From contig CAYRXT010000004.1 of the NCBI GenBank assembly GCA_964428315.1, positions 4,382 to 68,381 on the forward strand: 64,000 bases of DNA, given 5' to 3'. Positions 9,724-17,437 of the stretch are shown here, one piece after another. Made by a program: the position numbers and the translations under genes. The notes below the pieces were generated by a model. The model was not told where the DNA came from and made no database searches. It worked only from the letters and a program-made list of their open reading frames with translations. Each line of letters begins with the position of its first letter. Position 1 is the stretch's first letter. This DNA comes from an uncultured Planctomycetales bacterium (GTDB lineage Bacteria; Omnitrophota; Gorgyraeia; Zapsychrales; CAYRXT01).

Positions 9724-10428
9724 CTACTGTGTCACCCGGCTCAACACTTCCTGGTAGGCCTCTTCGATGTCTCCCAGATCACGGCGGAATCTATCCTTAT
9801 CCATTTTCTTGCCGGTGCCCTTTTCCCAGAGACGGCAAGTATCAGGGGAGATCTCGTCCGCAAGGATAATCGAGCCTCTGTAACGGCCGAATTCCAATTT
9901 GAAATCAATGAGATCCAGATTGATCGAGCCGAAAAACTCCTTCATCAAGTCATTGATCTTGAACGTATAGTCCTTGATGACCTTGATTTCTTCGTCGGTA
10001 GCAAGCTCAAGCGCGCGGATATGGTATTCGTTGACCATCGGATCATTGAGGGAGTCTTCCTTAAAACAGAATTCTAGGACGGGACAAGCCATGGCTGTGC
10101 CTTCGGCGATACTCAAAAAACGGCAAAGAGAACCGGCCGCCACATTGCGCACGATGACCTCCAGGGGGACGATGGCCACCCTCTTGATAAGCATCTCCCT
10201 TTCGTTCAAAAGCCGTTCAAAATGCGTCGGTATCCCGGCGGCGGCGAGATATTCGAATATCCTCGCCGATATCTTGTTATTGGCAATGCCCTTTTGGGCA
10301 ATGGTCCCTTTCTTGGCCGCGTTGAAGGCCGTGGCGTCATCCTTAAAATACTGGATCAGCAGATCAGGCGATTCGGTGGCGTAAACGATTTTGGCCTTGC
10401 CTTCATAGATCTTCTCTTTTTTCTCCAT
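9724..10428 (-). CDS. purC: SAICAR synthetase
   Basis: True start MEKKEKIYEGKAKIVY (ATG at 10428); the tracked ORF has a spurious 74-aa extension; PurC motifs throughout. Confidence 0.9.
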   Translation of the reverse strand: MEKKEKIYEGKAKIVYATESPDLLIQYFKDDATAFNAAKKGTIAQKGIANNKISARIFEYLAAAGIPTHFERLLNEREMLIKRVAIVPLEVIVRNVAAGSLCRFLSIAEGTAMACPVLEFCFKEDSLNDPMVNEYHIRALELATDEEIKVIKDYTFKINDLMKEFFGSINLDLIDFKLEFGRYRGSIILADEISPDTCRLWEKGTGKKMDKDRFRRDLGDIEEAYQEVLSRVTQ

Positions 10429-10462
10429 TACCCACCTCTCTCCTTGTACCGTGCTGACGTCA

Positions 10463-11755
10463 TTACAGCCCGACGCGTTTGAATATTTTGTCGCGATGAC
10501 GGATATAATACTTGATGTCGAACAGGATGTCAATCTCGTTGGTTGACAGGTGCTTTCTGATCTTCCGGTCCCTGTAAAGGACATCCTTGAAATCTGATGT
10601 CTCCTGCCAGACCTGCATGGCGCACCGCTGAATAATGGAATACGCCTCATCGCGCGTCAGGCCCTTCTTCATAAGCTCTACCAGAATGCGCTGGGAATAG
10701 ATAAGACCCCTCGTTTTCGTAAGGCTGGTGATCATGTTCTTCGGATAGACAAGCAGACCGTCGAGTATCGGCGTGAACTTCGCGAACATGTAATTCAGCA
10801 CAATCGTGCTGTCCGGAAGAATGACCCTCTCGACGGAAGAATGACTGATGTCCCTTTCGTGCCAAAGATTGATGTTCTCTAAGGCGGCCTGGGCGTTGGC
10901 CCGCAACAGGCGCGAAAGCCCGCAGATGCGCTCGCATGTCACGGGATTGCGCTTGTGAGGCATGGCCGAGGAACCGATCTGCCCTTTAAAAAACGGTTCT
11001 TCGAGTTCCAGGACCTCGGTTTTCTGCAGAAGCCTGATCTCCGTCGAAAACTTTTCCAACGAGGAACCGATCAGGGCGAGGGTCGACAAAAACTGGGCAT
11101 GATGATCCCTCTGGATGATCTGCGTGGCCACATTAGCCGCTTTCAGGCCGAGTTTTTCACAGACATATTCTTCCAGGTACGGATCAATGTTCGCGTAGGT
11201 GCCCACCGCTCCGGAAAGCTTGCCGATGCGCAGGTTTTCCCTGGCCTGTTCAAGCCGGACCAGATTGCGGTTCATTTCGTCATACCAGACGGCCAGTTTC
11301 AGTCCGAAGGTTGTCGGTTCCGCATGAACGCCGTGGGTACGGGCAACGCATACGGTGTCCTTGTATTTTTTGGCCTTCGAACGCAGGACCTTCAGCATTT
11401 TCTTTATATCCCCAATGAGGATGTCGCAGGCCTCGACACATTGAACCGAAAGCGAGGTATCCAGAAGATCGGAGGACGTCAGGCCCATATGCAGATAGCG
11501 TGATTCAGGGCCGAGGTTTTCTCCGATATTCTTAATAAAGGCTACGATATCGTGTTTCGTCTTTTCTTCAAGTCTCTTGACTTCGTCAATATCGTATTTG
11601 GCTTTCTTTTTGATCTTCTCGAGGGCATTCTTGGGGATTTCCCCAAGCTTGGAAAGGGCTTCACAGGCAAGGATTTCGATTTTCAGCATGATGTCGAATT
11701 TGTTCTTTTCTGACCAGATATTCCCCATCTTACTCAGGGTGTAACGGTCGATCAT
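10463..11755 (-). CDS. purB: Adenylosuccinate lyase
   Basis: 430 aa; fumarase/ASL family with the PurB-typical N-terminus MIDRYTLSKMGNIWSEKNKF. Confidence 0.9.
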   Translation of the reverse strand: MIDRYTLSKMGNIWSEKNKFDIMLKIEILACEALSKLGEIPKNALEKIKKKAKYDIDEVKRLEEKTKHDIVAFIKNIGENLGPESRYLHMGLTSSDLLDTSLSVQCVEACDILIGDIKKMLKVLRSKAKKYKDTVCVARTHGVHAEPTTFGLKLAVWYDEMNRNLVRLEQARENLRIGKLSGAVGTYANIDPYLEEYVCEKLGLKAANVATQIIQRDHHAQFLSTLALIGSSLEKFSTEIRLLQKTEVLELEEPFFKGQIGSSAMPHKRNPVTCERICGLSRLLRANAQAALENINLWHERDISHSSVERVILPDSTIVLNYMFAKFTPILDGLLVYPKNMITSLTKTRGLIYSQRILVELMKKGLTRDEAYSIIQRCAMQVWQETSDFKDVLYRDRKIRKHLSTNEIDILFDIKYYIRHRDKIFKRVGL

Positions 11756-11837
11756 AACGCCTCCTTCAAGAATAGTGGATTGGTATTTTTACGTGGATTT
11801 ATAGAGTTATAAGGAGTTGGGGCAAAATAACCTTCAT

Positions 11838-11866
11838 ACTATAGCAAAAATAAAAAATGGGGTCAA
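11838..11866 (-). promoter_or_regulatory. Sigma70-type promoter for purB and the downstream purine operon
   Basis: Minus strand reads TTGACC-17 nt-TATAGT in an AT-rich 200-bp intergenic block, ~80 nt upstream of the purB ATG. Confidence 0.4.
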
Positions 11867-11956
11867 ACAAAATAAAATAATTGGCGGTAAAATTTGACTA
11901 TTTATCAAATTCTTATTCTTTTTATCTCTAATGAGTTACGCGCTATGGCGAGGGGA

Positions 11957-13162
11957 TTACGAGGGAATAACGTCTTTTTGACCCAGCAGGCTCAGTAAAT
12001 CCTCTTCACGAATAAGCCCCATTCTTATAAGGGTCTGGCCAAGCAGTTCGCGGGATGTCCAGTGTTCAAACAAAGCCTCTCTAAGCCGTTTTTCATCCAA
12101 TACTTTTGCTTTAAGCAAAAATTGGCCCAAGGGCAATATCTTTGGCTCCCCGGCCTGCGTATAGTTGCGGTCAAGGAAAAAATTTCCATCCTCCCCTGAC
12201 GAAATATCATCTTCTCCTACTCGCCGATTGATCAGATATTTGCTCCCCGGGATAGACTTGAGATGTGTTTTTATCTCCGAAGCGAGTTCGGTCAATTCGA
12301 TCATGTTATGAATGGTCCGATACCGATTGTTGACAATTGCAATAGAGATGCCCATGATCGGCGCCTTGATGACATTCCTCTGGCGGTCTTTGACCGTAAG
12401 ATAGCCCGTCATACGGTCATTCGTGTCATAATGGTATGGAATCAACCGGTTGAATTCGCGGATAATGGCCCTCGCCAGCCCCTTTTCGCACCCTGGATCC
12501 GTCATGACGACAAAGTCATCTCCTCCCACATGTCCGACAAAATCCTCTTTATTCCCTTTGCGGACGACAGAGTCACTGATGATGCGGGCCGTCTGCATGA
12601 TCACGCCGTCACCGCGGAGATAACCGTACGTATCATTGAAGGCCTTAAAATTGTCGATATCAAGATACATAAAAGAAAACGCGTCTCCCTTGTTGATGCG
12701 CTGGCGGCTGACATATTCGATAGCCTTGTTCCCGGGAAGACGGGTCAAAGAATTGGCGTGCATCTGATGATCCGTCCGGCGCAAGGCCATCTCCAGGCGC
12801 ACCTGGAGATCGATAGGGTCGGGAGGTTTGAAGATGTAGTCATCCACACCCTCCTTGATTTCCAGGAGCTTTTTGCGCAATTGTCTTTTGTCGATCAGAA
12901 GGATAACCGGTATGTAGGAGGTGAGAAAATCCCGCTTTAGTATTTTGCATAATGAAATGCCGTCAACGACCGCGAGGTCGCTGTCGACAATAATGAGATC
13001 CGGGAGCTTCTGGCGGATTTGTTTCAGTGCGTGGGGGCCGTTGTCGGCCACCAGGACTTCGTAACCCATCGGCTTGAGGAACTGGGGAAGGATATCCGCG
13101 ATAACCGATTGCCCCTCGGCCAGAACGATTTTTTTGGTTTTTGCCGCGGCGGGATAGGACAA
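11957..13162 (-). CDS. Response-regulator receiver + GGDEF-type (GGDDF variant) + C-terminal MshEN/T2SSE_N-like c-di-GMP-binding domain
   Basis: REC domain with a phospho-acceptor Asp (LIIVDSDL); GGDEF fold with VGHVGGDDFVVM; C-terminus has two MshEN-type half-motifs (PLGQFLLKAKVLDEKRLREAL and LLGQTLIRMGLIREEDLLSLLGQ). Confidence 0.8.
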   Translation of the reverse strand: MSYPAAAKTKKIVLAEGQSVIADILPQFLKPMGYEVLVADNGPHALKQIRQKLPDLIIVDSDLAVVDGISLCKILKRDFLTSYIPVILLIDKRQLRKKLLEIKEGVDDYIFKPPDPIDLQVRLEMALRRTDHQMHANSLTRLPGNKAIEYVSRQRINKGDAFSFMYLDIDNFKAFNDTYGYLRGDGVIMQTARIISDSVVRKGNKEDFVGHVGGDDFVVMTDPGCEKGLARAIIREFNRLIPYHYDTNDRMTGYLTVKDRQRNVIKAPIMGISIAIVNNRYRTIHNMIELTELASEIKTHLKSIPGSKYLINRRVGEDDISSGEDGNFFLDRNYTQAGEPKILPLGQFLLKAKVLDEKRLREALFEHWTSRELLGQTLIRMGLIREEDLLSLLGQKDVIPS

Positions 13163-13199
13163 ACGGGGCCCCTCGCTTCCTGAAATACATCGATCCGCG

Positions 13200-13901
13200 C
13201 TATTGAGCGCTCTTCAATTTCTGCTCGAAATACATAAGACTTGCCTTGACGCTGTCTTCCATGATCTGGGGGGTTACGCGCAACATCTTCTTTCCTACGT
13301 CACTGCGGTAAAAGGCGACCAGGTCTTCCAGTTCCTCCCTTGTGAAATATTTGTCATATATCGGGACGATCTGCGCGATGACCTCATCGATATCCAGAAT
13401 ACTTTTTAACGTTTCCGCTTCCTCGGGGGAGCCGTCTTGCATGATTTGTTCGAAAGTTTGGACGAGATTGTCCCGAATACCGCTCATATCCATAAGGGTC
13501 ATGATCAGGTCGTCCTTTGACATGCCGGACAGTGAACGGCCTTCAATGGAAGAGAAGGTCTCCTTGCGATGCGCACCGAAGGGCTCAAGCGGTTGGTCCT
13601 GATAACTTTCGAATGGTTGTGGTTGTGCCGGTGCCGGCGTGTCCCTCTGAGACGGCAAGGTTGTCGCGGAATCGTCCGAGAACGCAGCCGGCCTTTCCTC
13701 GCCCTCGATGTATTCGATCTCATCGGAGAAATACGTCAACTCAATGCCTTTGACATTCAGACGCACATGGTCCGCAGACCGCTCGACGATCTCCCCCTCC
13801 ACGACCTTTCCGTTGGTTAGATGAATAACAGCCGCCTGGGCCGCGGCGCACCATACCCACACAAAGCACGTCCCCAAAATAAGGATTTTTTTCAACATCA
13901 C
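13200..13901 (-). CDS. Secreted hypothetical protein with signal peptide
   Basis: 233 aa; N-terminal signal peptide MMLKKILILGTCFVWVWCAAAQA; Pro/Gln-rich linker; C-terminal helical domain of unknown function. Confidence 0.5.
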   Translation of the reverse strand: MMLKKILILGTCFVWVWCAAAQAAVIHLTNGKVVEGEIVERSADHVRLNVKGIELTYFSDEIEYIEGEERPAAFSDDSATTLPSQRDTPAPAQPQPFESYQDQPLEPFGAHRKETFSSIEGRSLSGMSKDDLIMTLMDMSGIRDNLVQTFEQIMQDGSPEEAETLKSILDIDEVIAQIVPIYDKYFTREELEDLVAFYRSDVGKKMLRVTPQIMEDSVKASLMYFEQKLKSAQ

Positions 13902-14028
13902 GTCCCCTTTGCCTTTTCGACAGATTTATGCCTCTCTAAGCTAATTATATACTGATTTTATCAAAACCCCAAAAAAATTGCGCAAATTTACTGTCTGTGA
14001 TAGGATAGACCTTCATTGAACACCCATC

Positions 14029-15129
14029 ATGCGCCTCATGTTAACGAAACTGAGACAACACATCGACATAAGTCTCGTCGAATCACTGGAACAAGTGAAA
14101 AAACGCTATGGCCTGCAGGCCATAGACCCGCTGTTATTTGAGAGCATAAAAGAATACACTCTGCGTAAAGGCAAGCGCATCAGGCCTCTGCTTCTGGTTC
14201 TCAGCTATCTGGGGTATAAGCCTGGTTCTTCCCGGCCGACCAAGGCCATCTATCACGCCTCGACCTGCATGGAACTCCTTCATAACTTTATGCTTATCCA
14301 TGATGACATCATCGACCGTGCCAGTCTGCGCCGCGGCAAACCCACGCTCCATCGCCTTTTGCGCCGCGCGGCCCCCGCCCCCGACCGGGATAAGATGGGC
14401 GCTGATCTCAGCATTATTGCCGGAGATATTGTCTACGCTCTGGCCATCGACGCCTTCCTTGCCATCAAGGAAGAACCCGTGCGCAAGGAAAAGGCGCTCA
14501 AACATTTCATCCAGACCGCCGTCTTTACGGCGATGGGAGAATACATCGATATCATTTTCGGGGCGCGCAAGGTCCAAAGGATCTCTGAAGAAGATGTCTT
14601 CCTCAATTACACGTTGAAGACCGCGTGTTATACATTTGAATGCCCCCTGGTTGTGGGAGCCATCTTGGCCGGGGCCCCGCAGAAGGATATCGACAGCCTT
14701 TCTGACTTTGGTATCCGTGTGGGACAAGCCTTCCAGATCCAAGACGATATCCTGGGTATCTACGGATCCCAGAAGGCCATAGGGAAATCCATTTTAAGCG
14801 ACATCGCGGAATCCAAGAAAACCCTCCTCATCTGCCACGCCTACCGCCAGCTGAAGTCCAAAAGACGCAAGGACTTCCTCCATGTCTTCTCAAAAAGAAA
14901 GAAATCATACCGTGATCTTGTTGCCATTCGCAAGATGCTCAACGAATCGGGAAGCCTTGCCTATTCAATAGAGAAAACAAAAAGGCTATTGGAAGAGGCC
15001 CAATCCATTTCGATGTCGTTGAAGGTCAGAAAAAAATTCAAAAAGACCATATGGGCTTCTCTGATCTCTCTGTTTAACGAAAGCAATCAGATCGCCCGCG
15101 ACAACGGGATAGGCATCCCCGTTCCCTAG
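14029..15129 (+). CDS. Polyprenyl diphosphate synthase (trans-isoprenyl diphosphate synthase family)
   Basis: 366 aa; both DDxxD motifs present (LIHDDIID and FQIQDDILG). Confidence 0.85.
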   Translation: MRLMLTKLRQHIDISLVESLEQVKKRYGLQAIDPLLFESIKEYTLRKGKRIRPLLLVLSYLGYKPGSSRPTKAIYHASTCMELLHNFMLIHDDIIDRASLRRGKPTLHRLLRRAAPAPDRDKMGADLSIIAGDIVYALAIDAFLAIKEEPVRKEKALKHFIQTAVFTAMGEYIDIIFGARKVQRISEEDVFLNYTLKTACYTFECPLVVGAILAGAPQKDIDSLSDFGIRVGQAFQIQDDILGIYGSQKAIGKSILSDIAESKKTLLICHAYRQLKSKRRKDFLHVFSKRKKSYRDLVAIRKMLNESGSLAYSIEKTKRLLEEAQSISMSLKVRKKFKKTIWASLISLFNESNQIARDNGIGIPVP

Positions 15130-15167
15130 AGCGCCTTGTCTCGAAAGATTCCCGGTTTTTTGCTGTC

Positions 15168-15710
15168 TTGCGGAGGCCCGTCAGATATACTTGTATTGAA
15201 AGCCGTACGCCCATGGCCCTTCATCACACAACGTTCGTCTGTCCCAAATGCCAGGGAGACGACCTGGATCCGGTGCCCTATGTCTACCAAATCCTGAGGT
15301 CGGACGCCGCGGGCCGGCGCTTTTTCGCTGATCCAGAGAGCTTTTATCCCGGAGACAAAATGGACAAAAAGCACCGGGAACGCTTGTTACACCGGCTAAC
15401 GCCCCCGCCGGAACCCAAGAAATCCCTTCCGGCCGGAGCGATAGCTATCATGGCCTTCGTTCTCTCCTGGCTGATTACCGGCTCTCTCCTCATCGGCCGG
15501 ATAGGACAAACAGCTTATTTCGTTTCTTCCCTTATTGTCATCCTTTGCACGGCCTTCCCTTTTTACGCCACTCTGCGTTATGTCGACCGGGAATTCCGCA
15601 AATCGGTTGCCCGTTACAACCGTATTAAACCGCTGTGGAACAAACAGTACTTTTGCAACGGATGCCATCACGTCTTCATCCCAAAAAAAGGCGTCTCTTC
15701 CCTATATTAA
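15168..15710 (+). CDS. Membrane protein with N- and C-terminal zinc-ribbon-like CxxC pairs
   Basis: CPKC...CNGC flanking two predicted TM helices; start uncertain (alternative ATG at 15213). Confidence 0.45.
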   Translation: MRRPVRYTCIESRTPMALHHTTFVCPKCQGDDLDPVPYVYQILRSDAAGRRFFADPESFYPGDKMDKKHRERLLHRLTPPPEPKKSLPAGAIAIMAFVLSWLITGSLLIGRIGQTAYFVSSLIVILCTAFPFYATLRYVDREFRKSVARYNRIKPLWNKQYFCNGCHHVFIPKKGVSSLY

Positions 15711-15829
15711 ATCATGCGCGTCCAAATGAGGACCGGATTATCAACGGCGGATTGGAGGTTAGTCATGGAACCATGCCCTCCCCGCACGCTTTTAGCGGGG
15801 GAGACACCATTATTGAAATAGCAATGGTA

Positions 15830-16996
15830 TTAAAGGATGCGCACGCACAATTCATCCAGCACCAGGCGTCCTTTATCCGTAAGACAGACCCGGTCTCCCT
15901 GAGAGGAGAGAAAACCTTCCCTGATGAAATCCTTTACGGCCTCATGCTGGCGTTCCGTCAGCCCGTTTCCGAAACGTTCTTCTAGGCTGGGGATATCGAT
16001 CCCGGCGTTCATGCGCAGACCGAAGACAACGGCCTCGGTCAACCGTTCTCCGGCGCTCAACTGCTCCTCGCCCTCAACAGCCGTTCCTTTTTCCTTTATC
16101 CTCTGCAGATATGTCATGAGACGCGACGTGTTCCAAAAACGCCTCCCCTCGATATGGGAATGCGCCGCAAGGCCCAGTCCGATATAATGACCGCATGTCC
16201 AGTAGATGCGGTTGTGCCGGGACTCCTTACCCGGCATGCAAAAATTGCTGATCTCGTATTGAAGAAACCCTTCGGCCTTAAGTCTATCGCAAATCATTTG
16301 ATAATGCCGGGCCCGGTCATCCCCTTCCTTTAAGGCCAGACGGCGCGCATAAAAACGGCTTCCGCTTTCCACACTCAAATCATAAAGAGAGATATGATCA
16401 ACCGGCAGACGGATGAGCTGGCGGATGTCTTCTTCCGTGTCGCTCTGCCTCTGTCCGGGCAATCCGAACATAAGATCGCAGCTGATGTTTGGGCAGCCGG
16501 CCTCACGCAGGTCAGCAAGAACTCTCTTGGCATCGGATGAAGAATGATTCCTTCCAAGAAAGTTGAGATGTTCGTCATTGAACGTCTGAACCCCCACGCT
16601 GATCCGGTTAAATCCGATGTCCAGACAATGCGCGGCCTTCTCGGCGTCCAGCGATTCGGGATTAGCCTCTAGGGTCCACTCCGCATCATCGTCGACGCTG
16701 AACATTTCCCGGATGATTTCAACCAGCTCCGCGATCTCGGATCTGTCCAGAAGACTGGGCGTTCCGCCGCCGACATAAACGGATTTGACGCGCCTCCCCC
16801 GATAGGCTCCGGCCTCGCGCCGCAGGGCATTCACATAATCACCCCTCCGTTTTTTCTGTCCGACCGCAACGGCAAAAGAACAATAAAAACATTTCTTATT
16901 GCAAAACGGAATATGAATGTACAAGGCGAATGGATGCGATGAATGCGGCATGGACGTGTTAGACAAATTGGTTTCCCCAATCATTTTTCTAAACAT
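15830..16996 (-). CDS. hemW: Radical SAM heme chaperone HemW / HemN-like oxygen-independent coproporphyrinogen oxidase family
   Basis: LYIHIPFCNKKCFYCSF (CxxxCxxC + HemN signature), GGGTPSLL; start codon choice uncertain (16996, 16984 or 16951). Confidence 0.85.
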   Translation of the reverse strand: MFRKMIGETNLSNTSMPHSSHPFALYIHIPFCNKKCFYCSFAVAVGQKKRRGDYVNALRREAGAYRGRRVKSVYVGGGTPSLLDRSEIAELVEIIREMFSVDDDAEWTLEANPESLDAEKAAHCLDIGFNRISVGVQTFNDEHLNFLGRNHSSSDAKRVLADLREAGCPNISCDLMFGLPGQRQSDTEEDIRQLIRLPVDHISLYDLSVESGSRFYARRLALKEGDDRARHYQMICDRLKAEGFLQYEISNFCMPGKESRHNRIYWTCGHYIGLGLAAHSHIEGRRFWNTSRLMTYLQRIKEKGTAVEGEEQLSAGERLTEAVVFGLRMNAGIDIPSLEERFGNGLTERQHEAVKDFIREGFLSSQGDRVCLTDKGRLVLDELCVRIL

Positions 16997-17136
16997 TAGT
17001 ACAATTTATTTTTCATTTCATTATAAACGTTCTTTGATGTCGATCCCATAATTATTTTGTCGACGAGATATTTTGTTTTCCAGGCATTTTTCAAAAATTT
17101 TTACAATTGAATAGTCGAAAATAATTAAATTATTTT

Positions 17137-17164
17137 TTGCATATTGCATTCGGTATGCTAATAT
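17137..17164 (+). promoter_or_regulatory. Sigma70-type promoter in an AT-rich island
   Basis: TTGCAT-16 nt-TAATAT inside a ~200-bp AT-rich block in otherwise GC-rich DNA; followed by AAAGGAGA SD and the ATG at 17207. Confidence 0.4.
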
Positions 17165-17206
17165 AAATTTAGAAATAATAATTTTTTAAAGAAAGGAGAC
17201 TGGAAC

Positions 17207-17293
17207 ATGGCTGTAAAGAAAAAAGCGGCGAAAAAGAAGACAGCAAAGAAAAAGACAACAAAGGAAAAAGCGGCAAAAAAGAAAAAGAAATAA
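17207..17293 (+). CDS. 28-aa lysine/alanine-rich basic peptide
   Basis: MAVKKKAAKKKTAKKKTTKEKAAKKKKK; strong SD (AAAGGAGA, 9-nt spacer), own promoter and a rho-independent terminator right after. Confidence 0.5.
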   Translation: MAVKKKAAKKKTAKKKTTKEKAAKKKKK

Positions 17294-17319
17294 CGCTTGG
17301 CAGCGCAGATTTGAGAAAA

Positions 17320-17348
17320 CCCCCGCATCGAGATGCGGGGGTTTTCTT
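17320..17348 (+). terminator. Rho-independent terminator
   Basis: CCCCCGCATCgagaGATGCGGGGG hairpin followed by TTTTCTT. Confidence 0.6.
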
Positions 17349-17437
17349 ATGTCCGCATTAACTCCCCGCTTCGCGCCTCCCGCCGATGACAGCTTTCTAG
17401 CATTGCATTTTTCTTGAAACGAGGGATAATAAAAACC

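Noticed and set aside
12263-12940. 225-aa plus-strand ORF antisense to the GGDEF gene; likewise 6760-7341 and 7684-8127 inside purL, 14134-14742 inside the polyprenyl synthase gene, 61433-62338 inside the SpeE-like gene, 17701-18303 and 18087-18683 inside the yfhO-like gene
   Set aside because: These are antisense or alternative-frame ORFs within confidently assigned genes, with compositionally biased products.
15760-15800. Hairpin CTCCCCGCacgcttttaGCGGGGAG between the convergent genes 15168-15710 and hemW, considered as a terminator
   Set aside because: There is no U-run on either strand after the stem, so it may be only a weak or mRNA-stabilising structure. It is not called as a feature.
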